A stretch of 64,000 nucleotides of DNA from positions 12,766 to 76,765 of the forward strand of contig JAQURC010000001.1 in the NCBI GenBank assembly GCA_028715785.1. The letters are read 5' to 3'. A model generated the notes under the pieces. The model ran no database searches, was not told where the DNA came from, and was given only the letters and a program-made list of their open reading frames with translations. Below, one piece after another: positions 27,518 through 37,195 of the stretch (within the stretch, counting starts at the first letter, position 1; each line of letters begins with the position of its first letter). Position numbers and translations under genes: made by a program. The DNA is from Candidatus Omnitrophota bacterium (lineage in GTDB: Bacteria; Omnitrophota; Gorgyraeia; Gygaellales; Profunditerraquicolaceae).

Positions 27518-29241
27518 TCAAAAAAATATTCTTAATCGGCAATCCAAATGTCGGCAAGAGCGTGGTTTTTTCGCGGCTTACCGGAGTTCAGGTTATCTCC
27601 TCTAACTATGGCGGAACGACAGTTGAGATTACCCGCGGGGTTTTAAAACTCGGAGGCCAGGAGATTGAAGTGGTGGACCTGCCGGGAACATATTCGCTTG
27701 AGGCAAGCTCTAAATCCGAGGAAGTAGCCGTAACGATATTAAAAGATTACCCTAAAGAAGAGTGCGTGGTGGTCAATATCGTTGATTCTACAAACCTGGA
27801 GCGCAATCTTTATCTGAGCTTAGAGCTTATCGAAGAGGGGCTGCCGGTAATTGTGGCTTTAAATATGTGCGATGAGGCCAAACATCACGGGGTGAGTATT
27901 CAGGTCGATAAACTGGAAAAAATCCTGGGAGTGCCGGTTATCCCGACTTGCGCGATTACCGGTTTAGGCATTAAGCTGCTTTTAGAAAGGATCGCGGAAA
28001 CCAAACCCGTAGAGCGCCAAAGATTTTCACATCGGCAGCGTTGGCAGGAAATCGGCAATATTATCGGACAGGTGCAGCAATTGACCCATCGTCATCACAG
28101 CCTGCGGGAAATTTTGGAGGATGCCTCGGTCAGGCCGTTTAGCGGCGCGCTAATTGCTATCGCAATAATCCTGGTTTCATTTGAGGTTGTGCGTTTTATC
28201 GGTGAAAATTTAATTAATAGGATCGCCGATCCAATATTTCTTAACCTCTACCAGCCTCTTTTGGCCAAGCTCAGTTCTTTTCTGGGTGAGGAGAGTTTTA
28301 TCCACCATTTGGTAATCGGGGACCTGATTAACGGCCGGATTGATTTTAAACAGTCTTTAGGGATATTGACGACCGCCCCTTATATCGAATTTGCCATGGT
28401 GCTGCCTTATATCATTTCGTTTTACTTTGTGTTGGGATTACTGGAGGATATCGGTATCCTGCCGCGCCTAGCGATGCTTTTGGATAATATTTTACACCAT
28501 TTAGGGCTGCACGGTTTTGCGATTATTCCGGTATTGTTGGGTTTAGGCTGCAATGTTCCCGGGATTTTAGCTACCCGTAATCTTGAATCCAGGCGCGAGC
28601 GTTTTATTGCCGCGACATTAATTTCTATCGGAGTGCCTTGCGTGGCATTGCAGGCAATGATCTTCGGCCTCTTGGGCAGGTTCTCCGGTTGGTATGTTTC
28701 CGGGGTGTATCTGGTGCTTTTGGCTGTTTGGCTGGTTTTAGGAATAATCCTTAATCATACGGTCAAAGGTTACAGCCCGGAGCTTTTAATCGAGATTCCC
28801 CCATACCGGCTGCCGTCGCTGTCGACATTATGGAAAAAGCTGTTTTTACGGATCAAGGGATTTTTAATCGAAGCCGCGCCGCTGGTCTTAGTGGGTGTTT
28901 TGATCATCAATGTTCTTTTATATTTTAAGTTGTTTGGTTTATTAACCGGCATCTTTGCCCCGGTGATTAAAGGATTGTTTGGTTTACCTAAAGAGGCCGT
29001 GGTTTCTTTGGTGATGGGGTTGTTTCGCAAAGATGTGGCAGTGGGCATGCTTATGCCGCTGGCATTAACCGCCAAACAGTTATTCATTACTGCGGTGCTT
29101 TTAGCGATATCTTTTCCCTGCGTGGCAACCTTTGTCGTATTTTTTAAGGAATTAGGGCTAAAGGATTTAATCAAGGCTTCCCTGATCATGCTTACCGTTG
29201 CCCTGGTTACCGGGACATTGCTTAATTTTGTTATTCATTAA
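27514..29241 (+). CDS. feoB: Ferrous iron transporter B (FeoB)
   Basis: N-terminal G domain IFLIGNPNVGKSVVFSRLTG...DLPGTYSL. Polytopic membrane C-terminus. Confidence 0.85.
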   Translation: MIKKIFLIGNPNVGKSVVFSRLTGVQVISSNYGGTTVEITRGVLKLGGQEIEVVDLPGTYSLEASSKSEEVAVTILKDYPKEECVVVNIVDSTNLERNLYLSLELIEEGLPVIVALNMCDEAKHHGVSIQVDKLEKILGVPVIPTCAITGLGIKLLLERIAETKPVERQRFSHRQRWQEIGNIIGQVQQLTHRHHSLREILEDASVRPFSGALIAIAIILVSFEVVRFIGENLINRIADPIFLNLYQPLLAKLSSFLGEESFIHHLVIGDLINGRIDFKQSLGILTTAPYIEFAMVLPYIISFYFVLGLLEDIGILPRLAMLLDNILHHLGLHGFAIIPVLLGLGCNVPGILATRNLESRRERFIAATLISIGVPCVALQAMIFGLLGRFSGWYVSGVYLVLLAVWLVLGIILNHTVKGYSPELLIEIPPYRLPSLSTLWKKLFLRIKGFLIEAAPLVLVGVLIINVLLYFKLFGLLTGIFAPVIKGLFGLPKEAVVSLVMGLFRKDVAVGMLMPLALTAKQLFITAVLLAISFPCVATFVVFFKELGLKDLIKASLIMLTVALVTGTLLNFVIH

Positions 29242-29339
29242 TTAAACCGGCCGATTTATTCTCTGTTGACTTAAGGTTATCATTGTAGTATTTTAAATTA
29301 GTGGTTTTATTAACAAAAAATAGAGAGGAGGGAGGGAGA

Positions 29340-30056
29340 ATGAAGAGGTTGTTTTTATTTGCGGTTGTTGTCAGTTTTTGTTTGTATTTACCGTTAGATA
29401 AGGCAGCTGCAGAGTCAGATGAAGCTCTGGCTCAAGGGGAGATTTCTTCTGATGTGCAGCAGGTAAAAGAACAGCGTCAACAGTTAAAGTCTGATATTGG
29501 GGAAGCAAGAAGCGAGCAAAAAGATTTGCGGGATCAGATTCGGGCGGCAACGCAGGCAGGAGATTATGAGAAAGCAAGAGAGCTTAGGGGGCAGTTAAGG
29601 ACAACGCGCCAGGAGAATAGGCAGCAGATAAAACAGGAAGCCCAGGCATTGAAGGGATCAAGGCAGGAATTAAAACATGATATAGGCCAGGCGCATCCAC
29701 GGGCAGCAGACCGTCTTGAAGATGTCCGTGACAGGAGAGAAGATATCCGTGATCGCAGAGAAGACGTCCGTGACCGTCGTGAAGATCGGCGCGACCGCGG
29801 GGAAGATGTCCGCGACCGTCGGGAGGACAGGGTTGATCGCCGGGAGGATGTGCGCGACCGGCGTGAAAATAGGCTTGATCGTCGGGAAGACGTGCGCGAT
29901 AGAAGAGAAGACGTCCGTGATCGAGGCCAGAAGCAGGGAGTTAGGGATCATGGCGCCGGTGTAGGCAGGGGAGCCGGACAGGGCGGTGCGCATAGGCCAG
30001 AATCGGTAAGGCCGGCTGGCGGTGGAGGGGCAAGAGGCGGCGGCAAGCGGCGTTAA
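29340..30056 (+). CDS. Secreted low-complexity protein with ~10 tandem heptad repeats (EDVRDRR) and a Gly-rich tail
   Basis: Signal peptide MKRLFLFAVVVSFCLYLPLDKAAA after GGAGGGAGGGAGA. 21-bp DNA tandem repeats encode the heptads. Confidence 0.5.
   Translation: MKRLFLFAVVVSFCLYLPLDKAAAESDEALAQGEISSDVQQVKEQRQQLKSDIGEARSEQKDLRDQIRAATQAGDYEKARELRGQLRTTRQENRQQIKQEAQALKGSRQELKHDIGQAHPRAADRLEDVRDRREDIRDRREDVRDRREDRRDRGEDVRDRREDRVDRREDVRDRRENRLDRREDVRDRREDVRDRGQKQGVRDHGAGVGRGAGQGGAHRPESVRPAGGGGARGGGKRR
29704..29922. repeat. Coding 21-bp tandem repeat array (~10 units) inside the heptad-repeat protein gene
   Basis: Repeating GAAGATGTCCGTGACCGTCGT-like units. GC-rich relative to surroundings. Also generates spurious alternate-frame ORFs. 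Confidence 0.7.
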
Positions 30057-30076
30057 TTTAATTGTTATTAATAGGA

Positions 30077-30112
30077 ATAGGGGGCAGAATTAATTCTGCC
30101 CCCTATTTTTTT
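30077..30112 (+). terminator. Rho-independent terminator (perfect 14-bp stem ATAGGGGGCAGAATT/AATTCTGCCCCCTAT followed by T7)
   Basis: Perfect palindrome followed by TTTTTTT, downstream of the repeat-protein gene. Confidence 0.7.
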
Positions 30113-30114
30113 AG

Positions 30115-30197
30115 TACCGGGAGAGGGACTTGAACCCACATGAGCTTGCGCTCGGCAGCTTTTGAGGCTGCTGCGTCTGCCATTTCGCCATCCCGGC
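30115..30197 (-). tRNA. tRNA-Leu (anticodon CAA)
   Basis: Reverse complement GCCGGGATGGCGAAATGGCAGACGCAGCAGCCTCAAAAGCTGC...GTGGGTTCAAGTCCCTCTCCCGGTA. Anticodon loop CTCAAAA. Long variable arm. TTCAAGT T-loop. Discriminator A. No encoded CCA. Confidence 0.75.
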
Positions 30198-30210
30198 ATA
30201 TATTTTTAAG

Positions 30211-30239
30211 TTGACGCTAAGCATTTTATATTCTAAAAT
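30211..30239 (+). promoter_or_regulatory. Sigma70-like promoter for tRNA-Ala (TTGACG-N17-TAAAAT)
   Basis: Consensus-like boxes with 17-nt spacing, ~25 nt upstream of the tRNA. Confidence 0.45.
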
Positions 30240-30263
30240 AGCAAAGGTCAATACATAAATTTT

Positions 30264-30339
30264 GGGGCTGTAGCTCAGCTGGGAGAGCACTTGCATGGCA
30301 TGCAAGGGGTCAGGAGTTCGATCCTCCTCAGCTCCACCA
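30264..30339 (+). tRNA. tRNA-Ala (anticodon GGC) with encoded CCA
   Basis: GGGGCTGTAGCTCAGCTGGGAGAGC...CTTGCATGGCATGCAAG...GGTTCGATCC...CAGCTCCACCA. G3:U70 alanine identity pair present. Confidence 0.85.
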
Positions 30340-30385
30340 ATTTTTTAAAAGGGCGGATAGTTTCCGTCCTTTGTTTTATAAGCTA

Positions 30386-30414
30386 TTGACGCTCATTTTA
30401 GGAGGGGGTATAAT
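30386..30414 (+). promoter_or_regulatory. Sigma70-like promoter (TTGACG-N17-TATAAT) placing the TSS within a few nt of the nfo ATG (leaderless-type)
   Basis: The -10 ends 9 nt before the ATG at 30424. No SD sequence between them. Confidence 0.45.
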
Positions 30415-30423
30415 CTAAACATT

Positions 30424-31272
30424 ATGATCCTAGGCGCGCATATTTCCGGGGCAGCTAAGATTTACCAGACGCTGGATATCGCTCACGGTTTAAAGTGCGA
30501 TACCATGCAGATATTCAGCCGTTCCCCGCAGTCCTGGCGCAACGGCAGCCAAATTGCCCCCGAAGAGATCAAGGAATTTATCATCCGGCGCAAGAAATAT
30601 AAAATTAACCCGGTTTTTATCCATATATCTTACCTGATCAATCTGGCTTCCCCTGATGCGCGCCTCTATCACGGCTCCATCCAGGCCTATATCGAGGATA
30701 TCCAGGAGGCGGGTAAGTTAGGCGCCGATTATATTGTTACGCATATGGGCAGCCATAAGGAGACCTCCGAGGATGCCGGGATCAAGCGGTTGATTGAGGC
30801 GCTGAATAAAATAATCGAAAAGACCAGAGATTCAAAGGTCGGAATATTATTGGAGAATACTTCCGGCAGCGGCTCCTGGCTGGGCTATAGATTCTATCAT
30901 CAGCATAAAATTATCAAAGGCATAAAAGAAAAATCGCGCGTAGGTTTGTGCCTGGATACCGCCCATGCTTATCTGGCCGGCTATAACCTGGCAACTGAAG
31001 ACGGGCTTGAGAAAATGATTGATGAGATTGATGAGATGGTTGGAATAAAATTAATTAAGCTCATCCATCTTAATGACGCCGCCGGAGAGTTAGGCTGCCA
31101 CTATGACCGCCACGCTCATATCGGCCAGGGCCATATTGGCTTGGCCGGAATGAAAAGAATTATCAATCATCCTAAGTTAAAGAATATCCCGATGATTTTA
31201 GAAACACCCAAAAGCACCGAAAACAGCGATAAGGAAAATCTGGCTTTGGTCAGAAAGCTGGCACGCAAATAA
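30424..31272 (+). CDS. nfo: Endonuclease IV (AP endonuclease family 2)
   Basis: 282-aa TIM-barrel protein with [19 protein letters not shown] and HLNDA metal-binding blocks. Confidence 0.85.
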   Translation: MILGAHISGAAKIYQTLDIAHGLKCDTMQIFSRSPQSWRNGSQIAPEEIKEFIIRRKKYKINPVFIHISYLINLASPDARLYHGSIQAYIEDIQEAGKLGADYIVTHMGSHKETSEDAGIKRLIEALNKIIEKTRDSKVGILLENTSGSGSWLGYRFYHQHKIIKGIKEKSRVGLCLDTAHAYLAGYNLATEDGLEKMIDEIDEMVGIKLIKLIHLNDAAGELGCHYDRHAHIGQGHIGLAGMKRIINHPKLKNIPMILETPKSTENSDKENLALVRKLARK

Positions 31273-31273
31273 A

Positions 31274-33673
31274 ATGCATTACGATTTTAAAAAGGTCGAA
31301 GAAAAATGGCAGAAGCACTGGCAGAAAACCCATGCCTTCCGCGCGCAGGCCGACCCTAAGCGCAAAAAATATTACCTGTTGGAAATGTTTCCCTATCCCA
31401 GCGGTAAAATCCATATGGGCCATGTGCGTAATTACACCATCGGCGATGTCGCCAGCCGTTTTAAGACCCTGGAAGGTTATAACGTAATGCACCCGATGGG
31501 TTTTGATGCCTTTGGCCAGCCGGCGGAGAACGCGGCGATAAAAAATAAAACCAAGCCCGGCGACTGGACGCGTAAATGCATCAAGGAGATGGAAACAGAG
31601 TTAAAAAAAATGGGTTTTTCTTATGACTGGGAGCGGGAAGTTTCTACCTGCCAAAGCGATTATTATCAATGGAACCAGTGGATCTTCCTCAAAATGCTTG
31701 AACGCGGCCTGGCGTATAGGAAGGCTTCGCAAGTCAACTGGTGCCCAAGCTGCGCCACGACTTTAGCCAATGAAGAAGTTATCGAAGGCGGCTGCTGGCG
31801 CTGCCATACAAAAGTAGAACAAAAAGATTTAGAGCAATGGTATTTAAAGATTACCGAATATAAAGAAAGGTTGCTGGAGGATTTGAGCCAGCTTAAAGAT
31901 TGGCCCCCGCGGGTTTTGGCAATGCAGAATAACTGGATCGGCAAAAGCAGCGGTGTGGATATTTATTTTCGCCTGGAGAATAGCGATAAATTAATTTCAG
32001 TATTTACTACCCGGGTGGATACTATTTTTGGGGCAACCTATATTGTTTTGGCCCCGGAGCACCCGTTAGTTTTAGATTTGATTAAAGGCACACGTCAGGA
32101 AAAAGAGGCCTTAGAGTTTATTAAAAAGGTTGCCAGCGAAAGTAAAATAGTGCGCGCCGCATCCGATGTTAAAAAAGAAGGGGTTTTTACCGGAAGCTTC
32201 GCGATTAATCCGGTAAATAATGAAAAGGTCCCGGTTTGGATTGCCGATTATGTTTTGATGGAATATGGAACGGGTGCGATTATGGCTGTGCCTACGCATG
32301 ACGGGCGGGATTTTCTTTTTGCCAAAGAGCATAAATTGCCGATGCGTATTGTCATCTCGCCTAAAGACGGGTCTTTAAAATCCGCGGAAGAATTAACGCA
32401 GGCATATGAAGGTAATGGCGTGCAAATAAATTCCGGAGAATTTAACGGCTTAGATAATCGGGAGGCAAAGACAAAGATCGCCCAATGGATGGAGGCTAGG
32501 GGCATTGGTAAAATTCAAACGCATTGGCGTTTACGTGATTGGTTGATTTCCCGCCAGCGTTATTGGGGCACCCCGATACCGGTGATTTATTGCCCGGCCT
32601 GCGGCATTGTTCCTGTCCCTTGTCAAGATTTACCCATTGAGCTGCCCGCTGATGCGCCTTTTACCGGAGAAGGCGGAAGCCCTTTAGGCAAGGTCAAGAA
32701 ATTTGTAGAGGTAAAATGTCCTAAGTGTAAAGCAAATGCCCGGCGCGAAACCGATACAATGGCCACTTTTTTTGACTCCTCATGGTATTTCTTAAGGTTC
32801 TGCTCGCCTAAATTTAAAGCCGGACCGTTTGATGTGAATGAAGCCAAATACTGGATGACCGTTGACCAGTATATCGGCGGCATTGAACACGCGATCTTGC
32901 ATTTATTGTATTCCCGTTTTTTTACTAAATTTTTCCAGGATTTAAAGATGGTTGATTTCAGCGAGCCATTCGATAAACTGCTCACTCAAGGGATGGTCCT
33001 AAAAGACGGCGAGGTTATGTCAAAGTCCAGGGGCAATATCGTTGATCCGGACTCAATGATCAAAAATTACGGCGCCGATGCCCTGCGCCTGTTTATCTTA
33101 TTTGCCGCTCCGCCGGAAACCGAGCTGGAGTGGGAGGAGCGCGGGTTAGAAGGAGCGTATAAATTTTTAAACCGTGTCTGGCGGATCCAGGAAAATTTAA
33201 AAGACGATGCAGATCCGCAGGTATTAAAAGCTTTACACAGGACGATAAAAAAAGTAGGCGCGGATTTTAGCGAATTTAAGTTTAACACGGCTATTGCCAG
33301 CTTAATGGAGTTGACCAACGTTATTTATCAGTCAGGCGCGGATAAACAGGTATTTTCTGCCTTGATAATTATGCTTAGCCCGATTGTCCCGCATTTTGCC
33401 GAGGAGCTTTGGCAGATTTTAGGGCATAAGGAAAGTATATTTAAAACCGGCTGGCCTAAATATGATCCCCAGTTATTGATTGAAGAAAAAGTGGAGTTGG
33501 TGATCCAGGTTAACGGTAAGCTGCGCAGTAAAATTGAAGTGCCATGCGGCATATCCGAAGATAAGCTTAAGGAGCTGGTATTTAAAGATGAGAAATTGGC
33601 CCCTTGGCTGGAAGGCAAAACCCCGAAGAAATTCATTCTTGTCCCGCAAAAACTCGTCAATATCGTAATCTAA
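31274..33673 (+). CDS. leuS: Leucyl-tRNA synthetase
   Basis: [13 protein letters not shown] (HIGH). VMSKSRGN (KMSKS). CP1 editing domain. 799 aa. Confidence 0.95.
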   Translation: MHYDFKKVEEKWQKHWQKTHAFRAQADPKRKKYYLLEMFPYPSGKIHMGHVRNYTIGDVASRFKTLEGYNVMHPMGFDAFGQPAENAAIKNKTKPGDWTRKCIKEMETELKKMGFSYDWEREVSTCQSDYYQWNQWIFLKMLERGLAYRKASQVNWCPSCATTLANEEVIEGGCWRCHTKVEQKDLEQWYLKITEYKERLLEDLSQLKDWPPRVLAMQNNWIGKSSGVDIYFRLENSDKLISVFTTRVDTIFGATYIVLAPEHPLVLDLIKGTRQEKEALEFIKKVASESKIVRAASDVKKEGVFTGSFAINPVNNEKVPVWIADYVLMEYGTGAIMAVPTHDGRDFLFAKEHKLPMRIVISPKDGSLKSAEELTQAYEGNGVQINSGEFNGLDNREAKTKIAQWMEARGIGKIQTHWRLRDWLISRQRYWGTPIPVIYCPACGIVPVPCQDLPIELPADAPFTGEGGSPLGKVKKFVEVKCPKCKANARRETDTMATFFDSSWYFLRFCSPKFKAGPFDVNEAKYWMTVDQYIGGIEHAILHLLYSRFFTKFFQDLKMVDFSEPFDKLLTQGMVLKDGEVMSKSRGNIVDPDSMIKNYGADALRLFILFAAPPETELEWEERGLEGAYKFLNRVWRIQENLKDDADPQVLKALHRTIKKVGADFSEFKFNTAIASLMELTNVIYQSGADKQVFSALIIMLSPIVPHFAEELWQILGHKESIFKTGWPKYDPQLLIEEKVELVIQVNGKLRSKIEVPCGISEDKLKELVFKDEKLAPWLEGKTPKKFILVPQKLVNIVI

Positions 33674-33676
33674 TAA

Positions 33677-34385
33677 GGGGGACGTCCTCTTAGGGGACAC
33701 CCTTATATTAAAATAATTGTTAGAAGCGGCCTCTTTTTACGTCAATTAAAGTAAAAGGAGGATTTTTTATGCCAAGAAAAGCGCGAGAGTTGATTGACGG
33801 GGGACATTACCATGTTGTAACCAGGGGGATTGATTGTAGGAGATTATTTAGGGATGAAACAGATAACCAGTATTTTTTAGACATCATGGCTGCTAATCTG
33901 CCGAAATTCAAAATTTCAATTTTTCATTATTGTCTTATGGTAAACCACATTCATCTGTTGATTAAAGCCATAAGAGCAGCGGATCTGCCAAAGTTTATGC
34001 AGGTAGTTTTACAAGGATACGCTCATTATTTCAGAAAGAAATACCTTTCGGCAGGATTTATTTTTCAGAACCGATATAGAAGCCGGTTAATCGATAATGA
34101 TCTCTATCTCTTGGAATGCGGCCGGTATATCGAAAAGAACCCTCTGAGATCAAAAATAGTGTCAGAGCTTTCCAGATATCGCTGGAGCAGTTATCTGCTA
34201 TATGCAACTGGTAAACAAAATGACATAGTTAAGGCATTGGATCCTTTATATTTAGATTTAGCCAGTACAGACGAGAAACGCAGGGAGGCGTATGTTAATT
34301 ATGTCTTACAGGGGCGGCCATATGAAGATATTTTAGATAAAGAATTTCATATCAAATAGGGTGTCCCTTTTTAGGACGTCCCCCC
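33677..34385 (+). mobile_element. REP-associated tyrosine transposase (RAYT) unit: tnpA-REP gene flanked by 26-bp inverted repeats
   Basis: Left IR GGGGGACGTCCTCTTAGGGGACACCC (33677-33702). Right IR GGTGTCCCTTTTTAGGACGTCCCCCC (34360-34385). They are reverse complements apart from the central loop. Confidence 0.75.
33769..34359 (+). CDS. IS200/IS605-like Y1 (HuH) transposase of the REP-associated (RAYT) type
   Basis: 196 aa. HuH motif GHYHVVTRG. Second His cluster NHIHLLI. Catalytic Tyr region QNRYRSRLIDND...RYIEKNP. Typical RAYT size. Confidence 0.8.
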   Translation: MPRKARELIDGGHYHVVTRGIDCRRLFRDETDNQYFLDIMAANLPKFKISIFHYCLMVNHIHLLIKAIRAADLPKFMQVVLQGYAHYFRKKYLSAGFIFQNRYRSRLIDNDLYLLECGRYIEKNPLRSKIVSELSRYRWSSYLLYATGKQNDIVKALDPLYLDLASTDEKRREAYVNYVLQGRPYEDILDKEFHIK

Positions 34386-34748
34386 AATTAAAACATCCTT
34401 AATGTCAAAAAGCAGTCTTTGGTAATCGATGGGTTTTTCGACATAGACGGTGATCCCGCTTTTGGCGGCGACATGCTTGTCGATCTCTTCATGTTTTAAG
34501 GAGGTGGCGATAATCGGTGTATCGATAAACTCCGGCAGGCTTTTTATATCCTGGGCGACTTTAAAACCGCTTTCATCCGGCAGGACCAGATCAAGGAGTA
34601 TGCAATCCGGTTTCTCCGCCTTAACTTTTTCTACGCCTTCCTTGCCGCTGTAGGCAGTTACTACCTGGTAACCCGCCTTAAGTAACGCTTCCTTATTTTC
34701 CTTGGCGATGTTGTAATCATCGTCAATGATCAGGATTTTCTTAGGCAT
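34371..34748 (-). CDS. Single-domain response regulator (CheY-like receiver)
   Basis: MPKKILIIDDD...ILLDLVLPDESG...ATSLKHE receiver motifs. Start chosen at MPKK, not the longer ORF-track frame. The stop overlaps the RAYT right IR. Confidence 0.75.
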   Translation of the reverse strand: MPKKILIIDDDYNIAKENKEALLKAGYQVVTAYSGKEGVEKVKAEKPDCILLDLVLPDESGFKVAQDIKSLPEFIDTPIIATSLKHEEIDKHVAAKSGITVYVEKPIDYQRLLFDIKDVLIGGTS

Positions 34749-34890
34749 AATTAAATTATACACTAAAAAACCCATGATTACAATTAGATAAGGCCCTGTT
34801 TCCCGATTGGCTGGGAAACAGTTTCTCATTCGATAGTTAGATTATGGGGTTTTGTGCGTCTATTGAAGCGGAAAGGAGAGCCAAAGCGGC

Positions 34891-35220
34891 ATGTTTAATT
34901 TTACCCCGGAAGAAAGAAAGGTCATTCTGTTCATTTTAGGGCTGGCGTTTTGCGGGCTGGCGTTAAGTAATTTAGCCAAAGCCGGCTGCCGCATCGAGAG
35001 AATAGTTTGTCCGCAAGTCCAATTAGCCAGAATAAACCTTAATCAAGTAACGTTGGAAGAATTAACCCGGTTTAAATGCGTCTCGGCGAAATTGGCTCAA
35101 GCCATCATAGAGCGCCGTAACCTGGGTAAAAAATTTGCCAGCTTAGAGGAGCTCAAAGAGGTTAAAGGGATAGGGGATAAACGCTACGAGAAATTAAAGG
35201 AGGTATTCTTTATCGAATGA
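34891..35220 (+). CDS. comEA: ComEA-like helix-hairpin-helix DNA-binding competence protein
   Basis: N-terminal TM. INLNQVTLEELTRFKCVSAKLAQAIIERRN and ELKEVKGIGDKRYEKLK HhH motifs. Confidence 0.7.
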   Translation: MFNFTPEERKVILFILGLAFCGLALSNLAKAGCRIERIVCPQVQLARINLNQVTLEELTRFKCVSAKLAQAIIERRNLGKKFASLEELKEVKGIGDKRYEKLKEVFFIE

Positions 35221-36728
35221 AACGCCCTCTTGCGGCCCTGACCGTATTTTATTGCCTAGGGATTATTCTAGCCGACCTTATGCCGGCAGGCTTGCGGATA
35301 ATTATGGCAGCAGGTGTAATTATTTTTTTTGCGGCAAGCTTATTGAGGGTAAAAAATTATATATTTGCGGCCTTACTGTTATTTTTAGCGCTGCTTTTCG
35401 GGTATTTAAGCTTAAAAAATTCCTGCCAATTGCCTAAATGCCATATCGCCAAATTAATTCCCTATAAAGCTGAGTCTGTTTCAGTGGTAGGCGTTATTGA
35501 TAATGATCCTATCTACCAGGACAGAAATGTATCCTTTATCCTTAAGACAGAAAAAGTGGGAATAGGCGACTTTTGGCAGAAGGCCTGTGGTAAGATTTTG
35601 GTCAGGGTTTTTAAAAAAGAGGCATTTTTTTATGGGGATAGATTATTTTTAAGAGGGAATTTATATCGACCATTTTCTTTCTCAAAGGGATTTGATTATA
35701 GGAATTACCTAAAACATCAGAATATCTACCTTATCCTTAGCCTAGGAAAAGATAGCGGCATGGTTAAGCATCTGGAGAAAAATGCCGGTAATTCCGTATT
35801 ATCTTTTTCCTTTAAGATAAAGCACCGATTCAGGGAGGTAATTATTAAGAATCTATCCCCTTTCTCGGCAGGCATAATGAATGCCCTTATCTTAGGAGAT
35901 AGGCAGGATTTGTCTCAGCATTTGTTGGATATTCTAATGAAATTAGGCACCATTCACATAATTGCAATCTCAGGATTTAATGTAGGAATAGTTGCTTTTA
36001 TAATCTTATTAATTTTAAAAATAATAAAAATCCCCAGAAAACCGCGCTATATCTTTACGATATTGTTGTTGATTATTTATTGCGTTCTAACCGGCGCAAG
36101 CCCACCGGTAGTGCGCGCAACGGTTATGGCGGTTATTTTCCTTTGTGCCTATTTTTTTGAGCGAGAGGTGGATATTTACAATTCCCTGTCACTTGCCATA
36201 TTAATAATACTTGGGGTTAACCCTTGGCAGATTTTTGAGATTAGTTTTCAACTTTCATTCTTAAGCGTGATTTCTATTGTCTGGCTTACGCCCAAAATTA
36301 AATCCATATTTCCAGAAAAGTTAGATAAAATACCGTGGCTGCGTTTTCTAATTTTAACATTCTCTGTATCATTCGCAGCCTGGATTGGACTCTTACCTTT
36401 AATTGCCTATTACTTTAGGACTTTCACGACCATTACCGTATTGGCAAATATGATTATTGTCCCTTATTCGGCTGTTATTACAACTACAGGGTTTAGTTTT
36501 GCGCTGATCGGCATATTAATTCCTCCTTTGGCCCCTATCTTCGCAGTGACCAATGAGTTGCTTATCTTAATATTATTTAGGATTCATTATTTCTTAGTCG
36601 GCATCCCCGGAGCATATTTTAAGCTGCCCAACATATCTTTTGTTTACGTTCTTCTTTATTACATCCTGCTTGCGTCAATTTTTAATTTCCCTAAGTTTTA
36701 TTTTAATAATAGGTTGCATAAAAAGTAG
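35217..36728 (+). CDS. comEC: ComEC/Rec2 DNA internalisation channel (competence domain only, no C-terminal metallo-beta-lactamase domain)
   Basis: Polytopic membrane protein with the Competence-domain pattern (IAISGFNVGIVAF...). 4-bp overlap with comEA. Confidence 0.75.
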   Translation: MKRPLAALTVFYCLGIILADLMPAGLRIIMAAGVIIFFAASLLRVKNYIFAALLLFLALLFGYLSLKNSCQLPKCHIAKLIPYKAESVSVVGVIDNDPIYQDRNVSFILKTEKVGIGDFWQKACGKILVRVFKKEAFFYGDRLFLRGNLYRPFSFSKGFDYRNYLKHQNIYLILSLGKDSGMVKHLEKNAGNSVLSFSFKIKHRFREVIIKNLSPFSAGIMNALILGDRQDLSQHLLDILMKLGTIHIIAISGFNVGIVAFIILLILKIIKIPRKPRYIFTILLLIIYCVLTGASPPVVRATVMAVIFLCAYFFEREVDIYNSLSLAILIILGVNPWQIFEISFQLSFLSVISIVWLTPKIKSIFPEKLDKIPWLRFLILTFSVSFAAWIGLLPLIAYYFRTFTTITVLANMIIVPYSAVITTTGFSFALIGILIPPLAPIFAVTNELLILILFRIHYFLVGIPGAYFKLPNISFVYVLLYYILLASIFNFPKFYFNNRLHKK

Positions 36729-36889
36729 CCTTGTAGAGCGGAGTTTTATTTGAATAAGGTGTATGTAAGTGGTAAAATACAGCCATAAATATTATAACTT
36801 TCGGTTGGCCGTTGGTTGCGGCGGCTCGGGATGGCGATAAAACAGCCTTTTAATTCCTGATAAAACATGCTTAAGCTAAAACCAGGGTT

Positions 36890-37190
36890 TCAATATGCGG
36901 ATAGAAAAGAAATAAGCTTGAAAGGGGGTTGAAAATATTATTTTCCTGGGGGGTGTCGGATGCGCTGGATTTGACGCAGAAAGCAAGGGCATCCTAAGAA
37001 AAATATTACAAAAGGAGGCAGATTTATTTTTCATTTTGGGCGACCTTGTATGTTCGGGTACCGTATATTTATAACCGGCGGAGGCGGAGCGAGAATCTAC
37101 GAATTAGAAAAAGATAGGTTAAGGTCACGCCATGCCATAAGGCTGGATTTAGAGAATGATGATGCGGTAATTTTTGAAGTTATGCCTATT
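36890..37190 (+). pseudogene. Possible decayed calcineurin-like metallophosphoesterase gene remnant
   Basis: No ORF >60 aa in 470 bp of GC-elevated sequence. Frame fragments read MRIEKK*, ...KEADLFFILGDLVCSGTVYL* (GDxxxxG phosphoesterase-like) and ARIYELEKDRLRSRHAIRLDLENDDAVIFEV. A G6 homopolymer sits at the frame break. Confidence 0.25.
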
Positions 37191-37195
37191 ATATT

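Noticed and set aside
29704-29922. Possible CRISPR array
   Set aside because: The repeats are contiguous 21-bp units with no spacers, they lie in-frame inside a CDS, and there are no cas genes in the window.
29670-29993. Alternate-frame ORFs (29716-29964 + and 29670-29993 -) within the heptad-repeat gene
   Set aside because: These are artefacts of the 21-bp tandem repeats keeping all frames open. Only the signal-peptide-bearing frame has start/RBS context.
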